A stretch of DNA of 64,000 nt from Coprothermobacterota bacterium. GTDB lineage: Bacteria; Coprothermobacterota; Coprothermobacteria; Coprothermobacterales; Coprothermobacteraceae. Shown here piece after piece: positions 31,360 through 41,974 of this stretch (its first letter is position 1; each line of letters starts with the position of its first letter). The translations under genes and the position numbers were made by a program. The DNA is taken from NCBI GenBank assembly GCA_036679065.1, contig JAZIGN010000003.1, forward strand, positions 320,001 through 384,000, given 5' to 3'. The notes beneath the pieces were generated by a model. The model saw nothing but the letters and a program-made list of their open reading frames with translations. It did no database searches and had not been told where the DNA came from.

Positions 31360-33618
31360 TTAAGGTTCTTCCTCGTAGCTAATGTATATGTTCTTAAACA
31401 CAGGGTCCCACTCAACAGTAGCCCCCATAGTTTCTGCTATAAACCTAAGCGGCACCATCGTTCTACTGTTAGAGATGATAGGAACTACCTGCGGGTTTTG
31501 TGGGTCTATGTAAACTGGTTGCCCATTAACTGAAGCTTTAGGATTACCTATGGTTAGCAAGAGAGTTTTATCGCCTATTTTTACAGTTACCTGCTTTGTA
31601 TCAGGATTCCAGTTTACCTGTGCATTAAATGCTTCTGCTATAGCACGCAGTGGCACAAGCGTCCTATCGCTTACTATGATAGGTGGTGCATCTAACTGAA
31701 TAGGAGACAGGTTATGAAGCATTTCCTTTGAACCAACTTGTAAAGAGATATTGTGCTTTAGCACATACTTAACAACAACGTTAATGTCAGAACGAATGTT
31801 AGACAGCGTTAAAGAATCTTTTACTCCTGAAAGCTGTCCATTTATTGTGACGCTTTTTAGCGTCCAACCGTCAGTCCGTTGTAAAGGTATGGTAATTGTG
31901 TCACCTTCTGTTACTGTTTTTGTCCAGCTGTTTCCTAAGTTGTCTGAGTAGACAATTTCATATTCTTTATCTGCATCAGATTTGAATTTTGCAGTTACAG
32001 TAGCTGAACTGTTTAAGGTTAGTATACGAATAGGGTTAGTGCTTCCGTTTTCCCATGAAACAAAATGGTAACCAGCATTGGGTATTGCTGTTAACTGCAC
32101 TTGCTGTCCTTGTCTAAAAGGTTCAGAAGGAACAGTTTTTACAGTGCCACCCTGAGAAGGAGTAACAAAGATAGCTAAACTAACAGTAGGTGTTGGCTCT
32201 GGCTCTGGCGTAGGCTTTGGTTGTGGTGTTGGTAATGGTAGTGGTGTTGGTGAAGGTTCAAGCACAGGATAAGTTCCAGCAGTGTTTAAGCGTATGCGTA
32301 TTGGTTTAGAATTGCCTATGTTCAGCGTATCTTCCCACGGTGCATTTTCTGAACGGCGTATAAACACTGTATCTGGTTGAAGCTGAAGATTGAAGAAAAG
32401 TTCAGGTTTACTAGTTGTTGGAAGAACATACCTACTATCTGGAGATGTAATCTTTATCTGCACATTCCAATAACCAGGGGTAAGTGGAATCATGCCAGTA
32501 GGTATGCTGTAGTATCCTATTTCTGTTGCTGTTCCAGAAGTAGAAAAGATGGGCTCGCCTGCTTCTGTAATCTTCCCAGGTGCTACATATACAGTGTATT
32601 GGCTGTTAAAAGTAGCAGTCCAAAACTCAACACTCTTTAAGTAAATCGGGGTAGTAACAGTCCACTGCATGCCCATCCAAGCAGTATTGCTACCAAATGA
32701 TTCTGAGCCAAGTGCTGTTCCGTTATCGCCTGCTAAAACAATGTCGTTAGGATCAAATACTGTTGCTGTTACATAAGCAAAATTCTTTTCAATACCCGCT
32801 TTTCCATACTTTATGTAGCCATAGCCGTTTCGTCCCCAAGAAGTTCCATAATTGTTTCTAACTATCCATGCTCCAAGGCTATCATCCCATCCAGTTAGCA
32901 GTGCTTCGTGGTTGATAAAGACAACAGAAGCTGTTGCAATAACAGTTGCATTATGACTCACATCTGTATAATCCTCACGTGCAGTATAATAACCAACTTC
33001 CATAGGTCCGTGTTCTAATAATGCCTGTTTTACCTTAATAATTTCTTCTTCTGTTTGATCACTTACAGCTACTACTTTAAAGCTGTCTGCACGGTATTTT
33101 ACAGGACATGAAGGAAGCGTGCAACTTGAACCTACACAGCACATAGCAGCTGTAGCTGAAAGATATGGTAAACAGTCTTCTGAAGCTTGTCCAACTCTAA
33201 TTAGCGCTTCTGCTGCAGCCCATTTTGTATTGCCTTCTTCTCTTAATGCACAAGGCGATGTAGAAGTTATCATAGCAGGTGCAAGTTTACCAGTTGCTCT
33301 TACAAGCCATGCTTCTGATAAGTCTACTTTTTCATAATACTGTAAAGCAATTGCTGATTCAAATGCTCCTGTTAACCCGAAAGCCCAGCAAGTGCCGTAA
33401 GGTGATTGATCTCTGCCCTCTGGAACAATGCCGTAGTCAGCCCAATTAAAACGTGCAGGTAGCTGTTCAAACTTAAGAGGCAACTGCGGAACAGTAGCTG
33501 TTTCTACAGTGTTTGCTAAAACTTGTGGATTGGTAGCAGGTAGCGACACAGGTGTTACTAACAGCATCAGTGCTATTAATACAGCACTGCTTAGTTTACG
33601 TAAACCTTTTAATTCCAT
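31360..33618 (-). CDS. Secreted C1A papain-like cysteine protease with P/T linker, InlB-B-like repeat and copper amine oxidase N-like domain
   Basis: DQSPYGTCWAF, NHEALLTGW, WIVRNNYG; PTPQPKPTPEPEPTPT linker. Confidence 0.9.
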   Translation of the reverse strand: MELKGLRKLSSAVLIALMLLVTPVSLPATNPQVLANTVETATVPQLPLKFEQLPARFNWADYGIVPEGRDQSPYGTCWAFGLTGAFESAIALQYYEKVDLSEAWLVRATGKLAPAMITSTSPCALREEGNTKWAAAEALIRVGQASEDCLPYLSATAAMCCVGSSCTLPSCPVKYRADSFKVVAVSDQTEEEIIKVKQALLEHGPMEVGYYTAREDYTDVSHNATVIATASVVFINHEALLTGWDDSLGAWIVRNNYGTSWGRNGYGYIKYGKAGIEKNFAYVTATVFDPNDIVLAGDNGTALGSESFGSNTAWMGMQWTVTTPIYLKSVEFWTATFNSQYTVYVAPGKITEAGEPIFSTSGTATEIGYYSIPTGMIPLTPGYWNVQIKITSPDSRYVLPTTSKPELFFNLQLQPDTVFIRRSENAPWEDTLNIGNSKPIRIRLNTAGTYPVLEPSPTPLPLPTPQPKPTPEPEPTPTVSLAIFVTPSQGGTVKTVPSEPFRQGQQVQLTAIPNAGYHFVSWENGSTNPIRILTLNSSATVTAKFKSDADKEYEIVYSDNLGNSWTKTVTEGDTITIPLQRTDGWTLKSVTINGQLSGVKDSLTLSNIRSDINVVVKYVLKHNISLQVGSKEMLHNLSPIQLDAPPIIVSDRTLVPLRAIAEAFNAQVNWNPDTKQVTVKIGDKTLLLTIGNPKASVNGQPVYIDPQNPQVVPIISNSRTMVPLRFIAETMGATVEWDPVFKNIYISYEEEP

Positions 33619-33641
33619 TCTTTTGCACCCCTTTCCTTACC

Positions 33642-33881
33642 TTATATGAGTTTCCCAACTTTACATACTATTTTACTGCATTCTCTTAAATAAACCTCAT
33701 AAGCAGCAGTATAAACCTGCTGTGCTAAATCGCTTTGCACAGTGCTAACAACTTCACTGTAAAAAGTTTCTAATTCTTCTTGCGTAACAGGTTTTTCTGC
33801 CCTATCACGGATAACTTCTTTTAAGGCGGTGTTCCTGCTTTCATCGTCCCAGTGTGAAACAATGTCTTTCCATAATGCCAT
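33642..33881 (-). CDS. Hypothetical protein, possibly an N-truncated remnant
   Basis: 79-aa ORF abutting the LacI remnant on the opposite strand. Confidence 0.35.
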   Translation of the reverse strand: MALWKDIVSHWDDESRNTALKEVIRDRAEKPVTQEELETFYSEVVSTVQSDLAQQVYTAAYEVYLRECSKIVCKVGKLI

Positions 33882-34246
33882 TTGTTTTTCTGGATCCCCA
33901 CTTTTATGATGAGAAACTCCCTGGCGTGTATACCGACGGTTATGAAGGCATGTACGAAATTACACGCTATGTTCTTGAAATGGGTCACAGGAAAATTGCT
34001 TACATAGGTGGACCACATGAGAGCCCTAATTCCATGTGCAGATATGCAGGTTTTGAGCAGGTTTTGAGAAGGCTTTGAAAGATTTTGGATTAGTCTTAAA
34101 TAAAGAGCTTATGGTAGAAGGGAACTACAAGATTTCTGGAGGTAGTGAAGGCGTATTAGAGCTTCTTAAAAGGGGAAGGGACTTTACTGCAGTAGTTTGT
34201 GCTAACGACCTCATGGCAGTTGGTACCACGGAGGTACTTGAAGGGG
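33872..34246 (+). pseudogene. LacI/PurR-family repressor remnant (effector domain only, frameshifted)
   Basis: [24 protein letters not shown]; no HTH; frame break near 34075. Confidence 0.8.
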
Positions 34247-34375
34247 CAGCCAGATAGAATAGGATCTCTGGGTGTTGAATATGCTGACAAAGTGCTCAAA
34301 GGTGAAGAGGTACCCACTTACGTACCTGTCGACTTAAAGCTGATCACAAAGGATAACGTGGATACATTGGACTGA
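34247..34375 (+). pseudogene. RbsB-like sugar-binding protein C-terminal remnant
   Basis: Manual translation [42 protein letters not shown]. Confidence 0.7.
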
Positions 34376-34400
34376 AGAACAACATTGCTGGTGAAAGTAT

Positions 34401-34435
34401 GGCGGCCCCTTTGGTAAGTAGGGGCCGCCTCTTTT
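34401..34435 (+). terminator. Intrinsic terminator
   Basis: GGCGGCCCCT/AGGGGCCGCC stem plus TCTTTT. Confidence 0.8.
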
Positions 34436-34487
34436 ATAGATATTGTAGGGTAGGTACGATGTTCCTTAATGTAGAACAGAACTTAGC

Positions 34488-36239
34488 TTACAAACTTTGG
34501 AATCCTCTCTCCACAATTGCTGCTATGCGTTTTCTACGTTCCTTTAGGAAATCTATGTAGTCTGTTTCGTACCAGCCTTTCCAAAGAGCATGCAAATCGT
34601 ACATTCTCTCTAGTTCCTCATCAGTTAAGACACTCTCGTACTTGGGCGCATACTCTTTTGGTGGAAGGTCAGAAATTTTGTCATTGTCGCCCCATTCTAC
34701 CAGAGCATAGTTTGCAACCTGGTTAATCAGCCTTCGGTCTCTTATGCCTGTTCTTTCTAAGTATTTACGCGGAAATAGATGGTGGCGCTCTATGGCTTTC
34801 CTCTTGGCGTTGATACCGGGCTTGAGTAGGTCAGCGACTTTCAGCTTTGAATAAAGTACAGGTGCGTCGAGTAAACAAAGAGCTGCATAGTAGGCGAATT
34901 GGCCAGTGTTTTGGGCTGCTGAAGTTTCTAACTCGTTTGGTAATGTGAATCTCCAGTAGTCTGATGTTAGTACAGCGTTGATTTGCTGTTCCAGAACGTC
35001 CACAAATTCTTGTGGTGTAGTCTTTCCCCTGAGCAGCGCTAAGTCTTGTTCCATTCGGCTTTCTGCTGAACTGCTGTATCTACCAGTCAAGGAAGACATA
35101 AAGAACCACTTTGCTATGATTCTTCTAAGGGCATTGTCGTCAATTCTAAAATCGCGTTTTCCTATGAGCCACAAGGCATAACTGTAAACTACAGCCATTT
35201 CGGAGGAGATGAGTTGATCACTCTGATAACCGGCGTACAAGAGAACTTTGAAAAAATCATGCCAGTTTTGAAGGTTTAGTGTGTATGATTGAGCTTCTTT
35301 AAGTACGGCGAATTGGGCGTCGCGACGCTCAGGAGAAAACTCTCCGGTCTGTAAGTCTTTTCCTCGTAATATGGAGTATACGTATTCAAGTCTGGCTCTA
35401 CGAAAGCCCAGCGCCACGCTTACGCGAAGCAATTGATCTGGACTTGGGCGGAAATAGTAGTTGAACGGTGATGCTTCTCTACCGGAGGGAGGAGACTTCG
35501 CGCGTCTGCAAAAATCTTCTAACTCTTTTCTACCGTCGTCCCAGAAAACTGACATCAATGTCAATATAAAATCAGCTTGATTCAATGCTGTCCCTTTACT
35601 ATTAATGCGAACGAATATTTCCGATACATCTTCTTCGTTTACACTGGAAGAAATTTCTAATGCAGTCAACGGGTACTCGCTTAATTTGATTACGTTGTTT
35701 ATAGCATCCGGGATAGTTTTCTCTTGTTGGTCGGTTAACTCATATTGCGAACGTAGGCGCTGAAGATACTCAGTTATGAATGCATAGGAATTTGTTTTTG
35801 GATCCCACAGTACGCTAATATCAGGTATCCACTGTATGTCTCTTTCAATTGCAGGGTTAGTTACTTCAAACTTTTCTTCTATGGGGTTAAAGGCTATGCG
35901 TATACGCGTTGTGCGAAAATCCTTATCGATAATAGGTACTGCTTTCATTACGGCGTAAAGTGAAGTCAAACGCTGTTGACCGTCGACGATGAGTAGTTCA
36001 GGACTCACCTGCTTTTGATCCATTCCAATAACTCTATGGTCTCCGCTAAAACCATTTTTCCAGAAAAGCAAATAACCAATGGGATAGCCTTTGTACATTG
36101 AATCAAGAAGATCTCGGACCTTGATAGTGGGCCAAACGAAGGGACGCTGTATGTTTGGCAAACCGATTTGCCCTACCTCTATGTCCTGCACCAGCTTTTT
36201 CACGGGGAAACTCACCTGATTGAAAAGCACTTCAGACAT
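34488..36239 (-). CDS. DUF262 (GmrSD-like) nuclease with C-terminal HNH-like domain
   Basis: LPNIQRPFVW, DGQQRLT, FVRINSKG; ERHHLFP...N...N. Confidence 0.8.
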   Translation of the reverse strand: MSEVLFNQVSFPVKKLVQDIEVGQIGLPNIQRPFVWPTIKVRDLLDSMYKGYPIGYLLFWKNGFSGDHRVIGMDQKQVSPELLIVDGQQRLTSLYAVMKAVPIIDKDFRTTRIRIAFNPIEEKFEVTNPAIERDIQWIPDISVLWDPKTNSYAFITEYLQRLRSQYELTDQQEKTIPDAINNVIKLSEYPLTALEISSSVNEEDVSEIFVRINSKGTALNQADFILTLMSVFWDDGRKELEDFCRRAKSPPSGREASPFNYYFRPSPDQLLRVSVALGFRRARLEYVYSILRGKDLQTGEFSPERRDAQFAVLKEAQSYTLNLQNWHDFFKVLLYAGYQSDQLISSEMAVVYSYALWLIGKRDFRIDDNALRRIIAKWFFMSSLTGRYSSSAESRMEQDLALLRGKTTPQEFVDVLEQQINAVLTSDYWRFTLPNELETSAAQNTGQFAYYAALCLLDAPVLYSKLKVADLLKPGINAKRKAIERHHLFPRKYLERTGIRDRRLINQVANYALVEWGDNDKISDLPPKEYAPKYESVLTDEELERMYDLHALWKGWYETDYIDFLKERRKRIAAIVERGFQSL

Positions 36240-36396
36240 TTACTTATCCTCCCTGTAACATGCCATATGCGAGAACCAATGTTGTTTCCCTAATATGGAT
36301 CTCATCGCATTTATACTTTCATTATCGCACTTACAAACCCCATTAGTGAAAAACTGTGTTTGTTGAGTATCAACTTCATGCGTACTCGTCAATCGT

Positions 36397-37938
36397 TTAT
36401 ATGTCAGCCTCAAAAGTGATGCTTATGGGCTCTTGTTCAGTTGAGAGCTCTTGTTCTGTTATTGGTTCTTCTACGTTAGGTTTTCTGTTGTAAATGAAGC
36501 CAAGTATTTGTAGTGCAATGATGGGAGTCATCGCTACCATGGCAACAATGCCAAATCCATCAACCAGGAGACTGGCGTGCTCCACAGCATCAGCTACGCC
36601 ATGTGCGAATGCCAAAATGAATGTTGCTGTCATTGGACCTGACACTACCGCGCCAGAGTCAAATGCAATACCGTAGAAAAGTTCAGGAACAAAGTAGGTC
36701 ATAGCGAGGGAAATGATGTATCCAGGAAGCAAGTAGTGCCACAACTGCACCTGCGGGATTAGAATCCGCACCATGGACAAAGACACGGCAGCTCCCACGC
36801 CCAAAGATAAGGTAAACAATACAACGCTTCTCTTTAGGTTGCCGTTGGTTACTTGCTCGACCTCATCCACTAAAACATAAGCAGCAGGTTCGGCAAGCAC
36901 GGTAACCACGCCAATAATGAAACCAATAAGGATGAGCAGGCCTTTGTTGTCTAGCAAGGCGATGTTGTAACCCACGGCGTTTCCAACTTCCATGAAACCT
37001 GCATTGGCTCCTAACAGAAACATAACTAAGCCGATAAAGGTTAACGATATGCCAGATAAGATGTTTTTCACAGAAGCCTTTGGTAGTTTGAATGCTACTA
37101 CTTGGAAGACCAGAAACACAACCAATATTGGAAGTATTGCTATTAGGGCTTCTCGTGCTATGGAAGGCAGCACTGCAATAAAGGGACCTAATACCGAGGA
37201 AGATTCAACAGCAGCAATTGGAAGGGCACCTGTGATTCTATCAGCTTTAGACAGAATGCTCATTAGCATAATGGCAATAGTTGGTCCTGCAAAAGTTATA
37301 GCGACCAGACCGAAGCGCTCTTTATCAGCACCTTCTCGGTCCTTTTTTAGGCTGGATACTCCTGCCGCCAAAGCTAGTATAAAAGGAACCGTAGTAGCTC
37401 CAGTGGCAGCCCCCGAAGCATCGAAGGCAATGGCAAGAAACTCTGGTGGAACTAACAAACCGAGAGCGAATATGATGCCATAGAGTATTAAAAGTATTCT
37501 TTGAAGGGGAACATCACGGATTATTCTAACTAGGCCCAAAGCAAGCATGGCTCCTATACCCAGCGAAACAATTAATACGATGCTACTCTTTGCGATTGAT
37601 CCTGCTGTGATGCTGTGTACTTGCCCAGCCAAAATTTGTAGATCGGGTTCCGCAATACATATGAAGAAACCCAGTAGCAAGCCACTTATAATAACGGCCC
37701 AGATCTTATTTGATTTAGAAACTGTGGACCCAGTTATGCTACCAATAGGTGTGATACTACTGTCGACACCCATAAGGAAAAACGTCAAACCCAAGATTAT
37801 CAGTGCTGCACCTATAAGAAATCTAAAGAGCAATGACGTTTCCATGGGAATTACCGTGAAATGCAGAATTAATACTAGCACTGTTACAGGTATTACAGAA
37901 AAGCTGACTTCTTTGAGTTTTGCTAAAAACTTGCTCAA
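36397..37938 (-). CDS. DUF1538 family membrane protein (two fused repeats)
   Basis: IAEP / LAEP; AFDASGAATG / AFDSGAVVSGPMT. Confidence 0.85.
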   Translation of the reverse strand: MSKFLAKLKEVSFSVIPVTVLVLILHFTVIPMETSLLFRFLIGAALIILGLTFFLMGVDSSITPIGSITGSTVSKSNKIWAVIISGLLLGFFICIAEPDLQILAGQVHSITAGSIAKSSIVLIVSLGIGAMLALGLVRIIRDVPLQRILLILYGIIFALGLLVPPEFLAIAFDASGAATGATTVPFILALAAGVSSLKKDREGADKERFGLVAITFAGPTIAIMLMSILSKADRITGALPIAAVESSSVLGPFIAVLPSIAREALIAILPILVVFLVFQVVAFKLPKASVKNILSGISLTFIGLVMFLLGANAGFMEVGNAVGYNIALLDNKGLLILIGFIIGVVTVLAEPAAYVLVDEVEQVTNGNLKRSVVLFTLSLGVGAAVSLSMVRILIPQVQLWHYLLPGYIISLAMTYFVPELFYGIAFDSGAVVSGPMTATFILAFAHGVADAVEHASLLVDGFGIVAMVAMTPIIALQILGFIYNRKPNVEEPITEQELSTEQEPISITFEADI

Positions 37939-38500
37939 TTTAGCTACCTCCTCTCTTTCGTCCTAAACAATGTGGCAATAAGGTAGAGTAAGGCCTTTAA
38001 CTTGGTTGCCACTTCGGCCTTTTTGGGAATTGTTCCCAGTGGATGTTACTCTCTTGCTACCAAGACGTCACTTGTATATGTGTTGGATCCCAATAAGGAA
38101 CTAATTTCACACAGTCCTTGTTACTTTCACGAGCTACAGCTAAGTCCTATTTACCAGTTTCCTTATTTCTTATAATATTTTACCAGTATTAGGAACGTTT
38201 CATTCCCCGCTCAGGGCTCATCATGGGTAGCAACATCTTTGTAGCTGCTGTGCATATCTTCTGTGAGTTTTCAACTTACTTGTGTAGTGTGAGCATGAGT
38301 CATTTGATTCATATAGTACCTTATTGTATCCATGTAAACTCTAATGAAATAAAGAACTGCTGCAGAAGGACAATGAACTTAAAACTACTTGGGACCGTAA
38401 TAGTCCAAGGTGAATGCTTTGTGGTAATACATCTAGCATCAAGTAGACATGTTTAGCATGTGCTTTGAGACAATTAGATAGACATGGCTTACCAAATATA

Positions 38501-38558
38501 TTGACAAAGTTCTTCTACAGGTGTAGAATGATATCACAGGTGTTCGTCAACTGTAGAA
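38501..38558 (+). promoter_or_regulatory. sigma70 promoter with two BlaI/MecI/CopY-type operators
   Basis: TTGACA(38501)-17bp-TAGAAT(38524); palindrome TTCTACA-GG-TGTAGAA 38513-38528; imperfect copy TTCGTCA-AC-TGTAGAA 38543-38558. Confidence 0.85.
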
Positions 38559-38570
38559 GGAGGGGAAAAA

Positions 38571-38957
38571 GTGAAGAAGTCCATAAGGCGTCTCCCGGAT
38601 TCTGAACTGGAGATCATGAAGATCATTTGGGATGCAAAAGAGCCTGTGACATCTGCTTACATAAACGAGAAGCTGAAGGGCAAAAAGGATTGGAAGATTA
38701 CATCTATACTTACGTTTCTTGCGAGGTTAACAGAGAAGGGGTTTATTGAGTGCAAGAGAGAAGGAAAGGTAAACATTTACAGACCGCTGATCAGTGAGCA
38801 GGAATACTTAGAGAAAGAAAGTAAGAGCATCTTGGAAAAGTTGTACAACAACTCTCTAACAAATTTTGTGGCATCGCTTTATAACAGCAACGCCATAGCA
38901 GAGGATGAGTTAAAGGAGCTCCAGGAGTTTATAGAAAAGCTTACAAGGGGGGAATGA
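38571..38957 (+). CDS. BlaI/MecI/CopY family repressor
   Basis: LPDSELEIMKIIW, TSILTFLARLTEKGF. Confidence 0.92.
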   Translation: MKKSIRRLPDSELEIMKIIWDAKEPVTSAYINEKLKGKKDWKITSILTFLARLTEKGFIECKREGKVNIYRPLISEQEYLEKESKSILEKLYNNSLTNFVASLYNSNAIAEDELKELQEFIEKLTRGE

Positions 38958-41404
38958 GTATACTTGAGACCTTATTTCAGAAAGTACTTCAGGTCTCTAT
39001 GAGCACATCAATAGTTATAGGCGTGCTACTACTATTACTGCCATTGATAAACCGTAGCTACAGTGCTAAGTGGCGCTATTTAGTATGGCTCATTATAGCT
39101 GTCAGACTGCTTATACCATTTAGTCCCAGCATAGCTGGTGAAGCGCCTGTAACCATACCATCGGTAAGTCAGAATGTGCAGATTCCTATTCCACTACCAG
39201 CTAATACAAACTTGAGTGAGCAAACAAACATTATACCGACGCAACCCACTCCTGTGGTAACGCCAAACAGTTCAGCGGTGCGCACAATCACGCTGGCAGA
39301 CCTACTGCCTGTGATCTGGCTGATTGGAGCAATATTGTTCATGACTTACTACTTTGCAGGTTACATAGTGTTTAGAAAGTCGGCAATGCGTTTTTCAGAA
39401 ATTGTAGAGGACGAGCAAACGTTAGCTACTTTTAGCCAAATGAAACAAGAGATGGGCATAAGAGGGAACATAGAACTAATCAGGAGTAAGAAGGTACAGA
39501 GTCCCATGATAACAGGATTTGTTAAGCCTATTTTTCTACTACCGTATGTTGAGTACAGTGAAGCGGACTTAGAACTGATCATGAAGCATGAGCTCATCCA
39601 CTACAAGCACAAAGATATATGGAACAAATTGGTTATGGTAGTAGCAAATGCAGTGCATTGGTTCAACCCGCTAGTGTATGTAATGCGGTACAGAAGCAAC
39701 GCGGACATTGAGATGGCATGTGACAGTGAGCTAGTAGAGGGGACGGGCACAGAGTTTAGAAAGCAGTACAGTGAGACGATACTGTCGGCTATACATAAGG
39801 GAAGGGAAAGAGAGACAGTATTCTCCACTTATTTTTACGGGGGAGTGAAAACCATGAAAGAGAGGCTGGGAAACATATTTGATGGAGGGGGAAAAAGAGG
39901 AGGCATTGTAGCTTTATGCCTTGTAGTAGTTGCAGTTATCGTCATTGGTGCGTTGGTTGCCTGTGGAGGTAGCACAGCAGCAGAACTTACCGCGGAAGAA
40001 AAAGCTCAGATTACAGAACTCCTTGACAACTTTGGTCGTGAGTTGACGAATGTAACAATAATAGACCCAGAGAATGTCGTAGCTGAGCAGATAAAAGAGC
40101 ATTACACGCCTTATCTGACATCTAACCTACTATCAAAATGGGTTCTTGATCCTTCTCTGGCAATGGGAAGGACGACATCAAGCCCTTGGCCTGACCGAAT
40201 AGAAGTAGACTCTATGGAGAAAGTTGATAACGACAAGATAGAGGTTCAAGGCTATGTGGTCTGGGTTGCCAGTGGTGGGCAAAATGGGGTTGAAGTTACA
40301 GCTACAGTTCCTGCTGTGTTCTTTGTAAAGAAAGATTCTTCAACAGGTAAATTTCTCATTGACAACGCCTTCAGTAACAAATATGCGTTCTATGACACAG
40401 AGGAGCTGACTAAGATGCTTCAAAGCGTTTTACCAGAAGCTGGATCACAAAGTGAGCCTTTTATTGTAGCTACGTGGCCTGTGATTGATGGTAGCGAAAA
40501 GGAAATTGCGCTTGCTTACATGGGTACGGGTGGTGCTTATGTGGACTATTACACCTTATGTATAGGTCAGGATGATAAACTGGCGTTGGCAAACTTTAAA
40601 GATGAAGACGGAGCTGTCGGACCCCATGTGTTTTCCGAAGGTGCATCTGTTAAGCATGAGGTAAGACTTAGCGTGTACAACGCATCTCCGCTTAATTTCT
40701 ACGTTTATCAATATCAGGTTGACAGAGATGATAGCGGTGCTATCAGCAACATAGACGTGGAAGCCTATCGATGGAATATGGATGCTGAAGTTTTCGAGTT
40801 TGATGCTGATGCTTCTCAGCAGTTTAAAGAGGAACTAGAAAACAGTTTGGATGTAGATAAGGTAATACTTGCTCAGCTGTCCAATGCGTTGCGAGAAGCG
40901 CTTGTAGCAAATTATTCCCCATATTACAAGGACATAGGTATCGATTTAACACTTGACCCAAGAGCTGATTCTTTCACAGTGAAGGATGGCGTTGCCAGTG
41001 CTATTTTAGACGCCAATATTACTGCGACATTGAAAGCAGAAAAACTTGAAGACATGCCTTTTGTAAAAGGTATGCTGGATTATCTCGAGAGTGTAAGATC
41101 TACTCTTACAGATGCTCAGTTAGATGCTGCAAATGATGTCATCGACGACTGGAAGTCGGAACTTAGTGGTTATATTGGCAAGCCAGAGCCTACTTCTTAT
41201 GCAACTTATAAGGTTGTAGCGAGGGTTGACGATAGCGGGAATATAGATAAAGGTACTGTGAAGTTCTATATTGAACAGCCTTCCACAACCGGAAGTGGTT
41301 TTGAGTTTTATCCAGTTCCCGACCCAATGTTTGATTCTGAGGAGACCTTATATCGAAATGGACAAAATGCTGTTAAAGAGGCCATAGAGAAAGCAGGGAA
41401 GTAG
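38954..41404 (+). CDS. M56 (BlaR1/MecR1-like) metallopeptidase with large extracellular domain
   Basis: HELIH, HWFNP, EMACD; no penicillin-binding domain recognised. Confidence 0.9.
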   Translation: MSILETLFQKVLQVSMSTSIVIGVLLLLLPLINRSYSAKWRYLVWLIIAVRLLIPFSPSIAGEAPVTIPSVSQNVQIPIPLPANTNLSEQTNIIPTQPTPVVTPNSSAVRTITLADLLPVIWLIGAILFMTYYFAGYIVFRKSAMRFSEIVEDEQTLATFSQMKQEMGIRGNIELIRSKKVQSPMITGFVKPIFLLPYVEYSEADLELIMKHELIHYKHKDIWNKLVMVVANAVHWFNPLVYVMRYRSNADIEMACDSELVEGTGTEFRKQYSETILSAIHKGRERETVFSTYFYGGVKTMKERLGNIFDGGGKRGGIVALCLVVVAVIVIGALVACGGSTAAELTAEEKAQITELLDNFGRELTNVTIIDPENVVAEQIKEHYTPYLTSNLLSKWVLDPSLAMGRTTSSPWPDRIEVDSMEKVDNDKIEVQGYVVWVASGGQNGVEVTATVPAVFFVKKDSSTGKFLIDNAFSNKYAFYDTEELTKMLQSVLPEAGSQSEPFIVATWPVIDGSEKEIALAYMGTGGAYVDYYTLCIGQDDKLALANFKDEDGAVGPHVFSEGASVKHEVRLSVYNASPLNFYVYQYQVDRDDSGAISNIDVEAYRWNMDAEVFEFDADASQQFKEELENSLDVDKVILAQLSNALREALVANYSPYYKDIGIDLTLDPRADSFTVKDGVASAILDANITATLKAEKLEDMPFVKGMLDYLESVRSTLTDAQLDAANDVIDDWKSELSGYIGKPEPTSYATYKVVARVDDSGNIDKGTVKFYIEQPSTTGSGFEFYPVPDPMFDSEETLYRNGQNAVKEAIEKAGK

Positions 41405-41431
41405 CTGAAATGATAGCGCGGGGTAAACAAC

Positions 41432-41845
41432 ATGAGGGGAAAATACATAGGTGTTCTATTGACCATTGCAGTGGGGGCGATTTCTCTTGTGTGATGTGCA
41501 AGTTCGATTGGTAGCGAACCGAACAAGAATTTGATTGCGCTCTTTGCCTTGACGCCTAGGATGGGGTCTGTCGTGACAGCGAAGGGCGACAAATGGGATG
41601 CAAAAAGTACCAGAGCAGGCAATGCCTAAATTTAGCGAAGAGATATTAAAGTTTGCATCCAATTCTTTGCCTTTCTGTACTTGGAAGGTTACATTTTTGC
41701 CATCGATAAAGTTGGAGCAGCTGCTTCAGTAATTCAACTTACCTACGACGATGGCAACGTAGAAATACTAAATGAAGATTGGAAGGTACTTTCTAAAGCA
41801 TCACTTGGACAAGGCGCATCGCTAATGTTTCCCAAAACAGAATGA
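41432..41845 (+). pseudogene. Inactivated lipoprotein gene
   Basis: MRGKYIGVLLTIAVGAISLV*CASS: TGA at 41492 in the lipobox Gly position, with later frameshifts. Confidence 0.5.
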
Positions 41846-41974
41846 GTAATAGACGTTTTGAAACTTTTTCGTCCTTTCAGCGTCTTTTCTATGAGGGCGA
41901 TAAAACGGTGAGTTTCTAAGCAGGGAGGCAACCCTCAAATAATAGAAGTCGATTAGAAAGGTGGAGGGGTATTT

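Noticed and set aside
32185..32262. Low-complexity GGT/TGG repeats
   Set aside because: Encode the Pro/Thr linker of the C1A protease.
41492..41494. In-frame TGA next to Cys as possible selenocysteine
   Set aside because: It sits at the lipobox Gly position (GGA to TGA) and further frameshifts follow; a nonsense mutation is simpler.
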